Assembly: GCA_045863295.1 (NCBI GenBank)
Contig: BTWA01000003.1
Coordinates: 32,001-96,000, forward strand
DNA length: 64,000 nucleotides
Direction: 5' to 3'
Origin: Candidatus Hydrogenedentota bacterium
GTDB lineage: Bacteria > Hydrogenedentota > Hydrogenedentia > Hydrogenedentales > SLHB01
How positions within the stretch are numbered: position 1 is the stretch's first letter; the number at the start of each line of letters is the position of its first letter. Below are positions 10,845-20,392 of the stretch, piece after piece. The translations under genes were made by a program, and so were the position numbers. The notes beneath the pieces were generated by a model. That model searched no databases, was not told where the DNA came from, and was given only the letters and a program-made list of their open reading frames with translations.

Positions 10845-12545
10845 ATGCCTCGCATCGTTTTGCTCATACTAAATGCCGTACTTCTCACCACCCTTGCCGC
10901 CCACGCCCAAGCCGATCGCTTTTACGGCGAACCCATCGAACTCAAAAGCAACTACATCTATTTCACCAGTTGGAAATATGTCCGCCAAGGCTCTTTCGCA
11001 TGGCGCGTCGAAGTTGCACCTGAAGCATCCGAAGCCGAGAAAAACGTCGGCGCGTGGCTCAAAGGCGACGGCAACAAACCGGCCCGCTTCGAAACCTTCG
11101 ACATGCCGCGCGGCGTCCGACTCGTCGCCCAAAAGGCGGAGAAACGTCCTTACCAACCCGGCCAACGCCCCGCGCACGCCTATTACAATGGAAAATACAT
11201 GTCATGGGACACCATGGCGCCCTGCCCCGATCCTGAACCGTTCAGTACCAAAGACCAAATCCTTCCCGGCTATAACGGCCACGTCACCTATGCGGAATCC
11301 CCTGACGGGATCACCTGGACCTTTCCTCCGGTTGGCATCTACGAGTACGCCGGCAACAAAGAAAACAGCATCGTCTTTCGAGGCGATCTTAACGGCTCCA
11401 CCCGCGGCTTCCACGGCGGCAGCGTGTTCGTAGATCCCTCGTCCGAGGCCGAACGCTTCAAAATGATCTACCTCGGCATCATCACGGATGACGAATGGAA
11501 CGCCTTCGCCGCAAAATATCCCGATGAAGTGGACACCATGGCGCGCCGCCGCGACGTTGGCGGCTTTCGTTGCGTAGTGGGCGTATTCGGCGCCGTATCG
11601 CCCGACGGCATCCACTGGGAATCGCTCCCCGAACCGCTCATGGTGCAACACGCAGACACATTGAACACCTGTTACTACGATGTGGACCGCGAGGAATATG
11701 TGGCCTACGTCCGCGGCTGGCAGGTGAACGAACGGGTGCCCAACCTCGATCAGTACGATCAGGACAATTGGATCGGCGTCGGCCGCCGCTCCATCGCGCG
11801 CGCCGTCAGCAAAGACTTCCGCCACTTCTCCAAACCGGAACTCGTCGTCACTACCGGCGCGGACATGCCACCCACACACCTCTACTACACAAACTGCAAA
11901 ACCACACTCCCCGGCATTCCCGACAACCACGTCATGTTCCCGTGGATCTGGGAATTGGAAAATGACGGCGGCTCCGTCTGGTTACTCACCAGCGCGGACG
12001 GCTACACCTGGTCGCACATCGCCAACGGAAACGTCGTCGAAGTCGGCATCCCCGGCCAGCCCGACGGCGGCCATGTCGCGTGTAGCGGAATGATGGTGGA
12101 ATACCCGGACAAGACATGGGGTATCAGCTTTGGAGGCAACCCCATCCCCCACAAATACCCCGGACGTGATTTCGATCAACGCAAAGGCCTTTTCCCTGGC
12201 GTGCAAGGCATAGGCGGCATCGCCACCTGGCCCAAGGGCCGTCTGGTGGCATTGCAGTGCGACGAAGAAGGCGAATTCGCCACAGTGGCGGTTATGCCCC
12301 GTGGCAATCGCATCCGCCTAAACGCCACCGTCAAACCTACCGGCTACATCAAAACCGAAATCGCTCAACTTGGCAAGAGCGCCATCGAAGGACGAACCTT
12401 TGCTCAATCCGACCGAATCATCGGCGACGGCCTCGAACTCCCTGTCACGTGGAACGGCGAGGACGACCTGAAGCACGAAAACCAGCCCGTCATACTCCGT
12501 TTCCAACTTAGACAGGCGAGCCTCTACGGAGTGGAGTTTTACTGA
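10845..12545 (+). CDS. Secreted putative glycoside hydrolase (five-bladed beta-propeller-like, with Asp-box motifs)
   Basis: AGGAG SD, signal peptide ending AHA, repeated S.DG.(T/H)W Asp-boxes (ESPDGITW, VSPDGIHW, TSADGYTW), C-terminal LRFQLRQASLYG typical of this family. Confidence 0.55.
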   Translation: MPRIVLLILNAVLLTTLAAHAQADRFYGEPIELKSNYIYFTSWKYVRQGSFAWRVEVAPEASEAEKNVGAWLKGDGNKPARFETFDMPRGVRLVAQKAEKRPYQPGQRPAHAYYNGKYMSWDTMAPCPDPEPFSTKDQILPGYNGHVTYAESPDGITWTFPPVGIYEYAGNKENSIVFRGDLNGSTRGFHGGSVFVDPSSEAERFKMIYLGIITDDEWNAFAAKYPDEVDTMARRRDVGGFRCVVGVFGAVSPDGIHWESLPEPLMVQHADTLNTCYYDVDREEYVAYVRGWQVNERVPNLDQYDQDNWIGVGRRSIARAVSKDFRHFSKPELVVTTGADMPPTHLYYTNCKTTLPGIPDNHVMFPWIWELENDGGSVWLLTSADGYTWSHIANGNVVEVGIPGQPDGGHVACSGMMVEYPDKTWGISFGGNPIPHKYPGRDFDQRKGLFPGVQGIGGIATWPKGRLVALQCDEEGEFATVAVMPRGNRIRLNATVKPTGYIKTEIAQLGKSAIEGRTFAQSDRIIGDGLELPVTWNGEDDLKHENQPVILRFQLRQASLYGVEFY

Positions 12546-12809
12546 TACATGCACGCGATCCACTTAATAGTATCGGCGTTTACTAATACTTGAATTGTGC
12601 AATTTCCTGCTATTTGATAATATTGCTTTACTGTTTTTTCTCGATTTGATATCTTCTAGCCTTACTTCTTGGCGCAGTACGGGTGATTTCCGGTCCCCCG
12701 GGGCATAATTGGGCCGGAGTTGCGAAAGTACCTTTCTGAACGCATGGGCGACAACCGCGGAACAAAGGTTGTTTCAAGTGGCACGCGGCAACGCCGCGTC
12801 TTGGCCGCA

Positions 12810-15800
12810 ATGCGCGTTACACTTCGATCTTTCGTCCGCGGACTCTCCTTGATTGCCGTCTTTGCAACGATTCCAATGTCCTCGAACGCGCAACTCAGTT
12901 ATCGATTCGAGCGACTTTGGCCGGCCCTGGCACAACCATGGTATTTTGAGCCCCATGGTATGGCTACTGATGTCAACAACAATGTGTTTATAGCTGACTT
13001 CCGAAATAACTGTGTAAAGAAGTTTACACGTGATGGCAGATTCTTACTAAGTTGGGGTGAGCTTGGCTCATCACCGGGCCAATTCAACAAGATCCAGTGT
13101 GTGGCCGTAGATCCAAGCGGAAACGTTTATGTTAGTGAGTCTGGCAATAATCGTATCCAAAAATTTGACTCGAATGGAAAACTGGTTCTCGAATGGATCT
13201 CCAGCGGTATAGAGTCATTTGATCACCCAATAGACTTGGCACTAGATTCAGTTGGAAATGTATACGTCGCGCATTCTTATAGTGGATATGTTCAAAAATT
13301 TGACGGCCAAGGGGAATTCAAAGGAACAATAGGGAGCGGCCAGATTGGCCACCCAAAAGGCATCGCTCTGGATAGGAATGGCAATTTGTATGTTACTGGT
13401 GAGAGAGTTAAGGTGTTCGATTCTCTGGGAGTACTTGTCAAACTATGGGGCAGTATAGGTACTGGCGATGGACAATTTAACGATCCTTCGGATGTTGCTT
13501 TGGATTCCGACAGTAATGTATACATTCTTGACCGTAATAATTTTCGGGTACAAAAATTTGACTCGAATGGTGGATTCCTTTCGAAGTGGGGAAGCTATGG
13601 AGACAATATTGCTCAGTTTACCAATCCGCGCTGCATTACAGTAGATCGTGATGGTTTTGTTTATGTTGCAGATGGAGATCTAGGCCCAATTCAAAAGTTC
13701 GATCGCGACGGCCAATTCCTAGCCAGTTGGGGCAGCCGCGGCAACCCTGGCGGTGGATTCTACTCGCCCGAAGATGTAACCATTGACAAAGATAGAAACG
13801 TACTTGTACTTGATACGTATAATGCTCGTGTCCAAAAATTCGACCCCATGGGCAGATTCCTGTTTGCATGGGGAGAAAAAGGTAATGGCAATGGCCAGTT
13901 CAATCTGCCACGTGGAATAGAGGTAAATTCGCTCAATCATGTTTACATAGCGGACACATTTAACCATCGAATACAAAAATTTGATTCAAACGGCGTCTTC
14001 ATGTTGGCATTCGGATTCGAGGGTTCGGGGGATGCCAGCTTCTATTTTCCCGAGGATATCGCAATCGACAGCAGTGACAACATCTATGTTGCAGATACTA
14101 GTAACTTCCGTGTTCAGAAATACAATTCAAATGGCACCTTTTTAGGCAAGTGGGGCAGCGAAGGCACTGGGGACGGTCAATTCATGACACCTCGTGGAAT
14201 TGCCGTGGACAATCAAGATCGAGTCTACGTTTGCGACGCATTTATTGGACGTATTCAGGTATTTGACGCTGCAGGAAATCTGTTGTCCAATTGGGGCTCC
14301 ATTGGTTCAGGACCTGGACAACTCTTTGCAGCTAGACACATTGCTATTGACGATAACAACCGCGTGTTTGTTGCGGACAACGGTAATAATCGTATCCAAG
14401 TTTTTGATCCAAACGGTCAGTTCCTTACGTCCTGGGGTGAAAAAGGAACCGGACCAAATCAGTTCAACTCGCCGTGGGGGGTTGCGATTGATTCTAATGG
14501 AGCCGCATATGTCACAGATGCCCAGAATAACCGGCTGCAAAAATTCAAACCTGTTCTGTCCAACCAAGTTGCAAAGGCCATAATTGCAGCTGGCGGCGGA
14601 CCCTTCTTGGGAAACAATCTATGGGAGGCGACTCAATCATCGGCAAACTATGCCTATAGGTCGCTCGCTTACCAAGGCTTTACCAAAGAGTCGATTCACT
14701 ATCTGTCGTCTGATACCAGCTTGGACCTTGACGAAAACGGCGTTGCAGACGATGTGAGTGGCGACTGCACCCTTGTCAATCTCCAGCTCGCTTTAACCCA
14801 ATGGGCACCAGCACAACTGGGCGAATTGCCAACTGGTGATGTTGTCGTGTATCTCGTGGACCATGGCGCACCGGGAACGTTTCGAATGAATGGTACCGAA
14901 ATATTGGATGTGTCAAGTCTGGCCAATTGGCTGAATACACTTCAAGCAGGCATCCAGGGAAAACTGACTCTGATCTACGATGCCTGTGAGTCCGGTACAT
15001 TCGTTCCACAGTTGTCGTCGTCCACTTTCGCGGGCAAACGCATTGTGATCAGTAGTACATCGCCCGGTGAATTGGCCTATTTTGTTAACTCTGGTACAGT
15101 TTCTTTTTCAAACTACTTCTGGACACAAATTTTCAACGGCCTGTCCATTAGGGAGGCATTCGATATAGCCAAAGCCGCTTTAGGGGAGACGTTCGACTTC
15201 CAGACACCTCTACTCGACGACAACGCCGATGGCCAAGGAAACGGCACCGACGATGGCACGCTGGCATCTCTTTCGCACATTGGAAACGGCATTCAATTGT
15301 TCTGGGAGGGACCCGTAATTGGAAACGTCTCTCCAATTCAGAATCTGGACAATACCGCTACAGCGACGCTCACCGCAGACCCAGTAACAGATTTGGACGG
15401 TATTTCGCGCGTATGGGCAGTCATCCGTCCGCCCGGGTTTCAATCCACCAGTTCTTCCACACCTGTAACCAGCCTGCCCAGCGTCGATCTGTTGCCGGCA
15501 ACAGGCGATCGATGGCAGGCTGAATATAGTGGTTTCACAACAGCAGGCACATACACAATCTTCATTTATGCTAGGGACCGGATTGGCAACACATCCGCGC
15601 CGTCAAAAACCACAGTGAATGTTACAAACCCACTTTCACGTAAAGTGTTGATTCTGGCCGGCGGTAATACAGCATCGCCGCAATGGCCCGTGTTCGAAAA
15701 CCTTGGTCAAGTCGCATATACATCCTTAATTTCACAGGGTTATAATGCCGACGATATCTACTACCTCAGCCGAACTTTAACTCAAGGTGTCGACGGATTG

Positions 15801-18599
15801 GCGGTACTAGACAATGTCCGGTTCGCGTGTACCGAGTGGGCTACCACTAATACCCAGGACTTCACTCTGTATTTTGTAGGACCAGGCGCTCTAGCTGGCT
15901 TCTGGGTAAACAACGCGGAACTGCTTTTGTGGGATCAACTCGATTCCTGGCTTGACGTGCTCCAGGACTCTTTGGAAGGCCAAGTCACTATAGTGTGCGA
16001 CGCGGACAGCGCGGGTAGCATGCTCTTGGGATTGATTCCGGCCACCAATAAACCTCGAATCATTGTGGCCGGAACCGACGCTGGTCAGTCGGCAGGTTAC
16101 TACTACGGCGGTGCCATCAGCTTTTCAAAATTCTTCTGGGGCCACGTGGCCGCTGGTGCGACCATAGCAAAGGCTCTTGACTTCTCTGCACAGGCTATGC
16201 AGTTTGCCTCTAACAAACAACCTGCGATTGATGACAATGGCGATGGCGTATACAACACAAAAACAGATGGGGGTTTGGCAGGCAATTACTATATCGGAAA
16301 TGGAATTCTAGTCGCCGGTGATGAACCACTTATCGGCACAATTGTCGAAGAACAGCACCTAGATTCCCCGACGGCTGCAACCATTTGGGTTGACCAAGTT
16401 ACCTCCACCGGGTCGATCGAACAAGTTCTCGCACTTGTCACACCGCCGACTGGTACTCCCGTCGAACTCCCATTACAGAATCTTGGTGACGGTCATTACG
16501 AATCTGAGTTTACTGAGCTCGCAGAAAGCGGCACCTATCATGTGAGCGTTACGGCAATGGACACCAAAGGTCAATTATCCATGCCCAAATCTACAAGAAT
16601 TATTCGAATTGGAAGTGTATTGCCCGATGAATATGAAACCGACAACACACCGGCGTCTGCACAATGGATCGGATTAGATGCGCCATACGATCAACACCAC
16701 AATTTTCACGAACTTGGCGACTCGGATTGGGTTCAATTCTTTGCCCAGACAGGTCAAGTCGTTACGATTGAAACTAATAATCTGGGATTGGAAGTTGACA
16801 CCTATGTCGAACTTTACAGGCCTAATGGTTCACTGGTTACTTACAATGACGATCGGGAGACTGATAACAGGTCGTCCTGCTTGAATTGGATCGTAGATGA
16901 AAGTGCCCTGTTTCTTGCAACAGTTACCCATGCGCAAAAATCGAATCTGACGGGATTCGGGCATGCGACGCTCTACGATCTGCGCGTATGGTGTGAGAAT
17001 GGGCTCTCGGCGCCGGGATCTCTTTCTATTTATGTTGCGAACGGACAGGGCGTTGCCATTCCATACGCTCAAGTCTCCATCACTGCCCAGTCTCCGGTAT
17101 GGTCTGCGCAACAGCAAACACGCATGGACGGCACATACACATTTGGTGGTCTTGCACAAGGCAACTATGTAATCACCGCCAGCGCATCGCAGTATGTATC
17201 TGCCACTTCCGATTGTCCGGTTATTGCCGGAGGGACCACGGCGCAGGCCATTGTGTTGCCTGCAATGCCCGGCAGTATTCAATGTATAATTGAGCCTATA
17301 GAAACCCCTATCAACGGTGCGTTTTGGCGTGTCGACGATGGCGCATGGCTTACAGGAGGCGCCAGCACTGCCGCATCACCTGGTATCCATATCGTCTCAT
17401 TTAGCCACGTTGTGGGATGGGTCACACCACTTCCACTCAACGTAACGGTAGCTAGTGGACAGATTTCCAAGACTGCAGGTACGTACAGCAGAACGGTACT
17501 CGCTATACCACATAATCTGCATGCTTCGGATGGAATGTTCCCAGATAAGATTCGATTGCAATGGAACGAAGTTCCCAACGCCACAAGCTATCGAGTTTAC
17601 CGAGCTCAAACATGGATTGGCTCAAGCGCCGTAACCTTGGCCGACGTAACCGAAGCATCGTTTGAAGATTTCACCGCCGAGCAACCTGCTGAACCGTTCC
17701 CGCCAGGTGGGTGTGGCACGGACGGCTCGCCGGATATTGAATTGGCCTACTATATCTATTGGGTGCAAGCCCTCGGCCCAGGCAATACGGCCAGCGACTG
17801 GAGTGACCCAGACATAGGCCACAGAGGACCCAGCGCGGATTCGGTCAAGTCGGACTCTCGAGAAGTATTGTTCGAAGCCGCACTGCCTTCCATCCCCGCC
17901 GGTAATGGTCTCCGCTTTGCCAAGCCATCGGACACAATTGCAATTCGCTTGCGTTCGGAAGACCCAATCGACACGGATTCCGTATGGGCGATTGCCCGGT
18001 GGAAATCGGGAAGCACCGCAGCGGCAAGATGGATCCCCGTACCAAATAGCAACGCCACCGACGGGTGGGTCGTACTCGACCCGGAAATGAACTGGCCGGA
18101 AGAAGAATTGGTTGAGGTAGAGGCTGGAGCAAAGACACATTCCGGTGAGGCTTTATTTGGAACGCCCCACACATTCAAAATTCAATCGTCTGGGTTCACT
18201 CTAGCGCAGCTGCCGGAATTGCCCAATGCCGTGGGTGACTATGTTGTGGCAGATATTGGTGCGCCCGCGATCGCTGCAATGCCGGTGATCCCGAATATCC
18301 CCAACGGCGAAATGCCCAACTTGACGCCATTCTACTACATCCCCGATGGCCCGAATACAGGTTGGCATCCCGCGGATCAGATTGCCGGTCTCCTGCAAAG
18401 TACTGATTCGAATGGTTCGTTGCAGGTCTACCATGGGGGCATATTTCAGTGGGCACAATCACACGTAACTCAAGCACAAGTTTCACCTTCAGGAGCTGCC
18501 TTGCCCGCAAACCGTGGAGTGATGCTGGTCTTGTTTGCAGTGGTCCTCGCGTTGGCTTTCAATAGATGTCGACTAGCAAGATTCATCAATCGGCGCTGA
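12810..18599 (+). CDS. Giant surface protein: 12 NHL repeats, two C13/clan-CD peptidase-like domains, PPC-like, carboxypeptidase-regulatory-like and FN3-like domains, C-terminal membrane anchor
   Basis: Signal peptide, 12 countable F..P..IA.D..GNVYV.D..N.RIQKF repeats, VYLVDHG...IYDACESG dyad, C-terminal hydrophobic helix plus basic tail. Start could be 12720-12810. Confidence 0.8.
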   Translation: MRVTLRSFVRGLSLIAVFATIPMSSNAQLSYRFERLWPALAQPWYFEPHGMATDVNNNVFIADFRNNCVKKFTRDGRFLLSWGELGSSPGQFNKIQCVAVDPSGNVYVSESGNNRIQKFDSNGKLVLEWISSGIESFDHPIDLALDSVGNVYVAHSYSGYVQKFDGQGEFKGTIGSGQIGHPKGIALDRNGNLYVTGERVKVFDSLGVLVKLWGSIGTGDGQFNDPSDVALDSDSNVYILDRNNFRVQKFDSNGGFLSKWGSYGDNIAQFTNPRCITVDRDGFVYVADGDLGPIQKFDRDGQFLASWGSRGNPGGGFYSPEDVTIDKDRNVLVLDTYNARVQKFDPMGRFLFAWGEKGNGNGQFNLPRGIEVNSLNHVYIADTFNHRIQKFDSNGVFMLAFGFEGSGDASFYFPEDIAIDSSDNIYVADTSNFRVQKYNSNGTFLGKWGSEGTGDGQFMTPRGIAVDNQDRVYVCDAFIGRIQVFDAAGNLLSNWGSIGSGPGQLFAARHIAIDDNNRVFVADNGNNRIQVFDPNGQFLTSWGEKGTGPNQFNSPWGVAIDSNGAAYVTDAQNNRLQKFKPVLSNQVAKAIIAAGGGPFLGNNLWEATQSSANYAYRSLAYQGFTKESIHYLSSDTSLDLDENGVADDVSGDCTLVNLQLALTQWAPAQLGELPTGDVVVYLVDHGAPGTFRMNGTEILDVSSLANWLNTLQAGIQGKLTLIYDACESGTFVPQLSSSTFAGKRIVISSTSPGELAYFVNSGTVSFSNYFWTQIFNGLSIREAFDIAKAALGETFDFQTPLLDDNADGQGNGTDDGTLASLSHIGNGIQLFWEGPVIGNVSPIQNLDNTATATLTADPVTDLDGISRVWAVIRPPGFQSTSSSTPVTSLPSVDLLPATGDRWQAEYSGFTTAGTYTIFIYARDRIGNTSAPSKTTVNVTNPLSRKVLILAGGNTASPQWPVFENLGQVAYTSLISQGYNADDIYYLSRTLTQGVDGLAVLDNVRFACTEWATTNTQDFTLYFVGPGALAGFWVNNAELLLWDQLDSWLDVLQDSLEGQVTIVCDADSAGSMLLGLIPATNKPRIIVAGTDAGQSAGYYYGGAISFSKFFWGHVAAGATIAKALDFSAQAMQFASNKQPAIDDNGDGVYNTKTDGGLAGNYYIGNGILVAGDEPLIGTIVEEQHLDSPTAATIWVDQVTSTGSIEQVLALVTPPTGTPVELPLQNLGDGHYESEFTELAESGTYHVSVTAMDTKGQLSMPKSTRIIRIGSVLPDEYETDNTPASAQWIGLDAPYDQHHNFHELGDSDWVQFFAQTGQVVTIETNNLGLEVDTYVELYRPNGSLVTYNDDRETDNRSSCLNWIVDESALFLATVTHAQKSNLTGFGHATLYDLRVWCENGLSAPGSLSIYVANGQGVAIPYAQVSITAQSPVWSAQQQTRMDGTYTFGGLAQGNYVITASASQYVSATSDCPVIAGGTTAQAIVLPAMPGSIQCIIEPIETPINGAFWRVDDGAWLTGGASTAASPGIHIVSFSHVVGWVTPLPLNVTVASGQISKTAGTYSRTVLAIPHNLHASDGMFPDKIRLQWNEVPNATSYRVYRAQTWIGSSAVTLADVTEASFEDFTAEQPAEPFPPGGCGTDGSPDIELAYYIYWVQALGPGNTASDWSDPDIGHRGPSADSVKSDSREVLFEAALPSIPAGNGLRFAKPSDTIAIRLRSEDPIDTDSVWAIARWKSGSTAAARWIPVPNSNATDGWVVLDPEMNWPEEELVEVEAGAKTHSGEALFGTPHTFKIQSSGFTLAQLPELPNAVGDYVVADIGAPAIAAMPVIPNIPNGEMPNLTPFYYIPDGPNTGWHPADQIAGLLQSTDSNGSLQVYHGGIFQWAQSHVTQAQVSPSGAALPANRGVMLVLFAVVLALAFNRCRLARFINRR

Positions 18600-19119
18600 T
18601 TGCAGAACTCGAATCAAGCGAGCCCATTTCAGACTGACTTGTTCCTGCCTTCTTGGATATCGTAGTCAACACTACGGCGCCCACACCTCGCAGAAACACG
18701 CTAATCGAGAACAGTTGACCTATCACGGGCGCAAGAAAAGCACTCTCCGCGGCGATACCGCCAAGTAACACAATGCGCGTCGTCGTTGCATCGGGATCGA
18801 TCATGCGCTCGCCCAGCCGCCTATACCCCGCCGCATAGCCGAAGGCCGCCATAACGATGACAGAACCCCAAATTAACAAGCCCACCAGTGCAAGTACGCG
18901 CGTGCTGATCAAAAGCAGACCTACAAAAAAAAGTACGAGCGTGTTCACCAGACCAATTACGGCACACTCAACCGCCCGCGTCCGGTACAATAGGGAAATG
19001 CGCTGCATGCGTTCCGAATACGCGGCGTGCAACCACACCGCCATGCCCACGTGGCCCGCTTTAAAGGCAAGAAGCACCAGCATCAATGCAATCGCGCCCA
19101 GCGCACGTTCCGGTTGCAT
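18586..19119 (-). CDS. Integral membrane protein (paralogue of 23103-23639)
   Basis: GAGG SD, several hydrophobic helices, starts 1 nt after the anti-sigma stop codon. Confidence 0.7.
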   Translation of the reverse strand: MQPERALGAIALMLVLLAFKAGHVGMAVWLHAAYSERMQRISLLYRTRAVECAVIGLVNTLVLFFVGLLLISTRVLALVGLLIWGSVIVMAAFGYAAGYRRLGERMIDPDATTTRIVLLGGIAAESAFLAPVIGQLFSISVFLRGVGAVVLTTISKKAGTSQSEMGSLDSSSAISAD

Positions 19120-19120
19120 A

Positions 19121-19705
19121 CTACCTCGCCCCCCATCGGCTGACGTCACGAGTCAATGCTCCAGACGCCCGTATCCGAACCACTTCAATTCCATTCACAA
19201 TCGCCAACACTCCGGCCGCCGACACAAGCGCAGACACCAAGAGACCATTCGAAATCGTCGGAACCGCTCTAAAGAAAGTATCCAACAGGTTTTGTAACTC
19301 CACCGCCAAATCGCCAATAGAGTATTGAGGAGTGGCAACAAGCGTAATCGCGAATGTCTGATTGATCCACGACCACCATACCGCCGGCTCCGCGGCTCCT
19401 GGATAGAACCAACCCGCCATGGCGGCACCCGACAGAACAATCGTTGCCACTATTGCGATAGTCACATTTCGAACCCGGTACCGTCCCGCCTCCGACGCAA
19501 TGCGTGCCTGCACTGCCGTTACCAGTTCCCGGCGTACGGGCTCCAATTCCAAATGAAGCAATGCGTCATCAACTGCGGCCAAACGATCCAGGTATGCGGC
19601 ACATCCGGGACACACCGCCAAGTGACTGTCCACCTCCGGCAACATAGGTTCGTCCGCATCAAATAGCGCGGCAATAGTCACTCGCACTTGATCGCAATTC
19701 ATCAT
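19121..19705 (-). CDS. Zinc-finger (ZAS/zf-HC2) membrane anti-sigma factor
   Basis: MNC..V...HLAVCPGC motif, TM helices, ATGA overlap with the ECF sigma stop codon. Confidence 0.8.
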   Translation of the reverse strand: MMNCDQVRVTIAALFDADEPMLPEVDSHLAVCPGCAAYLDRLAAVDDALLHLELEPVRRELVTAVQARIASEAGRYRVRNVTIAIVATIVLSGAAMAGWFYPGAAEPAVWWSWINQTFAITLVATPQYSIGDLAVELQNLLDTFFRAVPTISNGLLVSALVSAAGVLAIVNGIEVVRIRASGALTRDVSRWGAR

Positions 19706-20304
19706 GGTTCCCTATCCACCAGCCACTCGCGTAGCTTTCGTCGAGCGCGATGCAGCGCAACTTTTGCAGCCGCCTCGCTGATCCCGCACGCCTCGGCAGC
19801 GTCACGAATCGCCATGCCTTCAAAATAATGCATATGCACGAGCGCGGCCGACTGCGCCGGCAAACGCCGCACCGCCGCCGTAATTTGCGTGTTCAAATCC
19901 CGGCGATCCGCCAATTCACGGCCGTCAGCCAAAGTTGCGGCAGGCTCCTGCCACGAGTTCTCGCGCTCATCGTCGTCTAGTGAAAACGCTAAGCCGCCAC
20001 GCTTACGCGACCGAATCGCATTAAATGAAACATTGGTTGCAATTGCATAAATCCACGTGCGGAATGACCGCGAAGGATCGTAACTGCCCAAATACCGGTA
20101 CGCGCGAAGAAATGTCTCTTGTACCAAATCCTCCGCCTCTTCACGGTGCCCGATCATCCGGTATATGTGCGTGTACATCCTCGGCGCATACCGGGCTATC
20201 AACAAGTCGAACGCCGCCGAGTCACCGCCGCAAGCGCGCCGGGCGCAATCGGCATCCTCATCTGATGTTGTAATGCTCGCGTCGGGCGATTCGATCGATT
20301 TCAT
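19702..20304 (-). CDS. ECF RNA polymerase sigma factor
   Basis: EEAEDLVQETFLRAY, SFRTWIYAIATN, region 4 KVALHRARRKLR. Start uncertain (up to 20400). Confidence 0.9.
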   Translation of the reverse strand: MKSIESPDASITTSDEDADCARRACGGDSAAFDLLIARYAPRMYTHIYRMIGHREEAEDLVQETFLRAYRYLGSYDPSRSFRTWIYAIATNVSFNAIRSRKRGGLAFSLDDDERENSWQEPAATLADGRELADRRDLNTQITAAVRRLPAQSAALVHMHYFEGMAIRDAAEACGISEAAAKVALHRARRKLREWLVDREP

Positions 20305-20392
20305 CGGAAGTGGCTCGCGGACGCCAACCAACGGCGTGGGCAGAAGCCCATCCCACGCCCACGCGGCCGCCATGGCCTTTCGCACGAAGACC

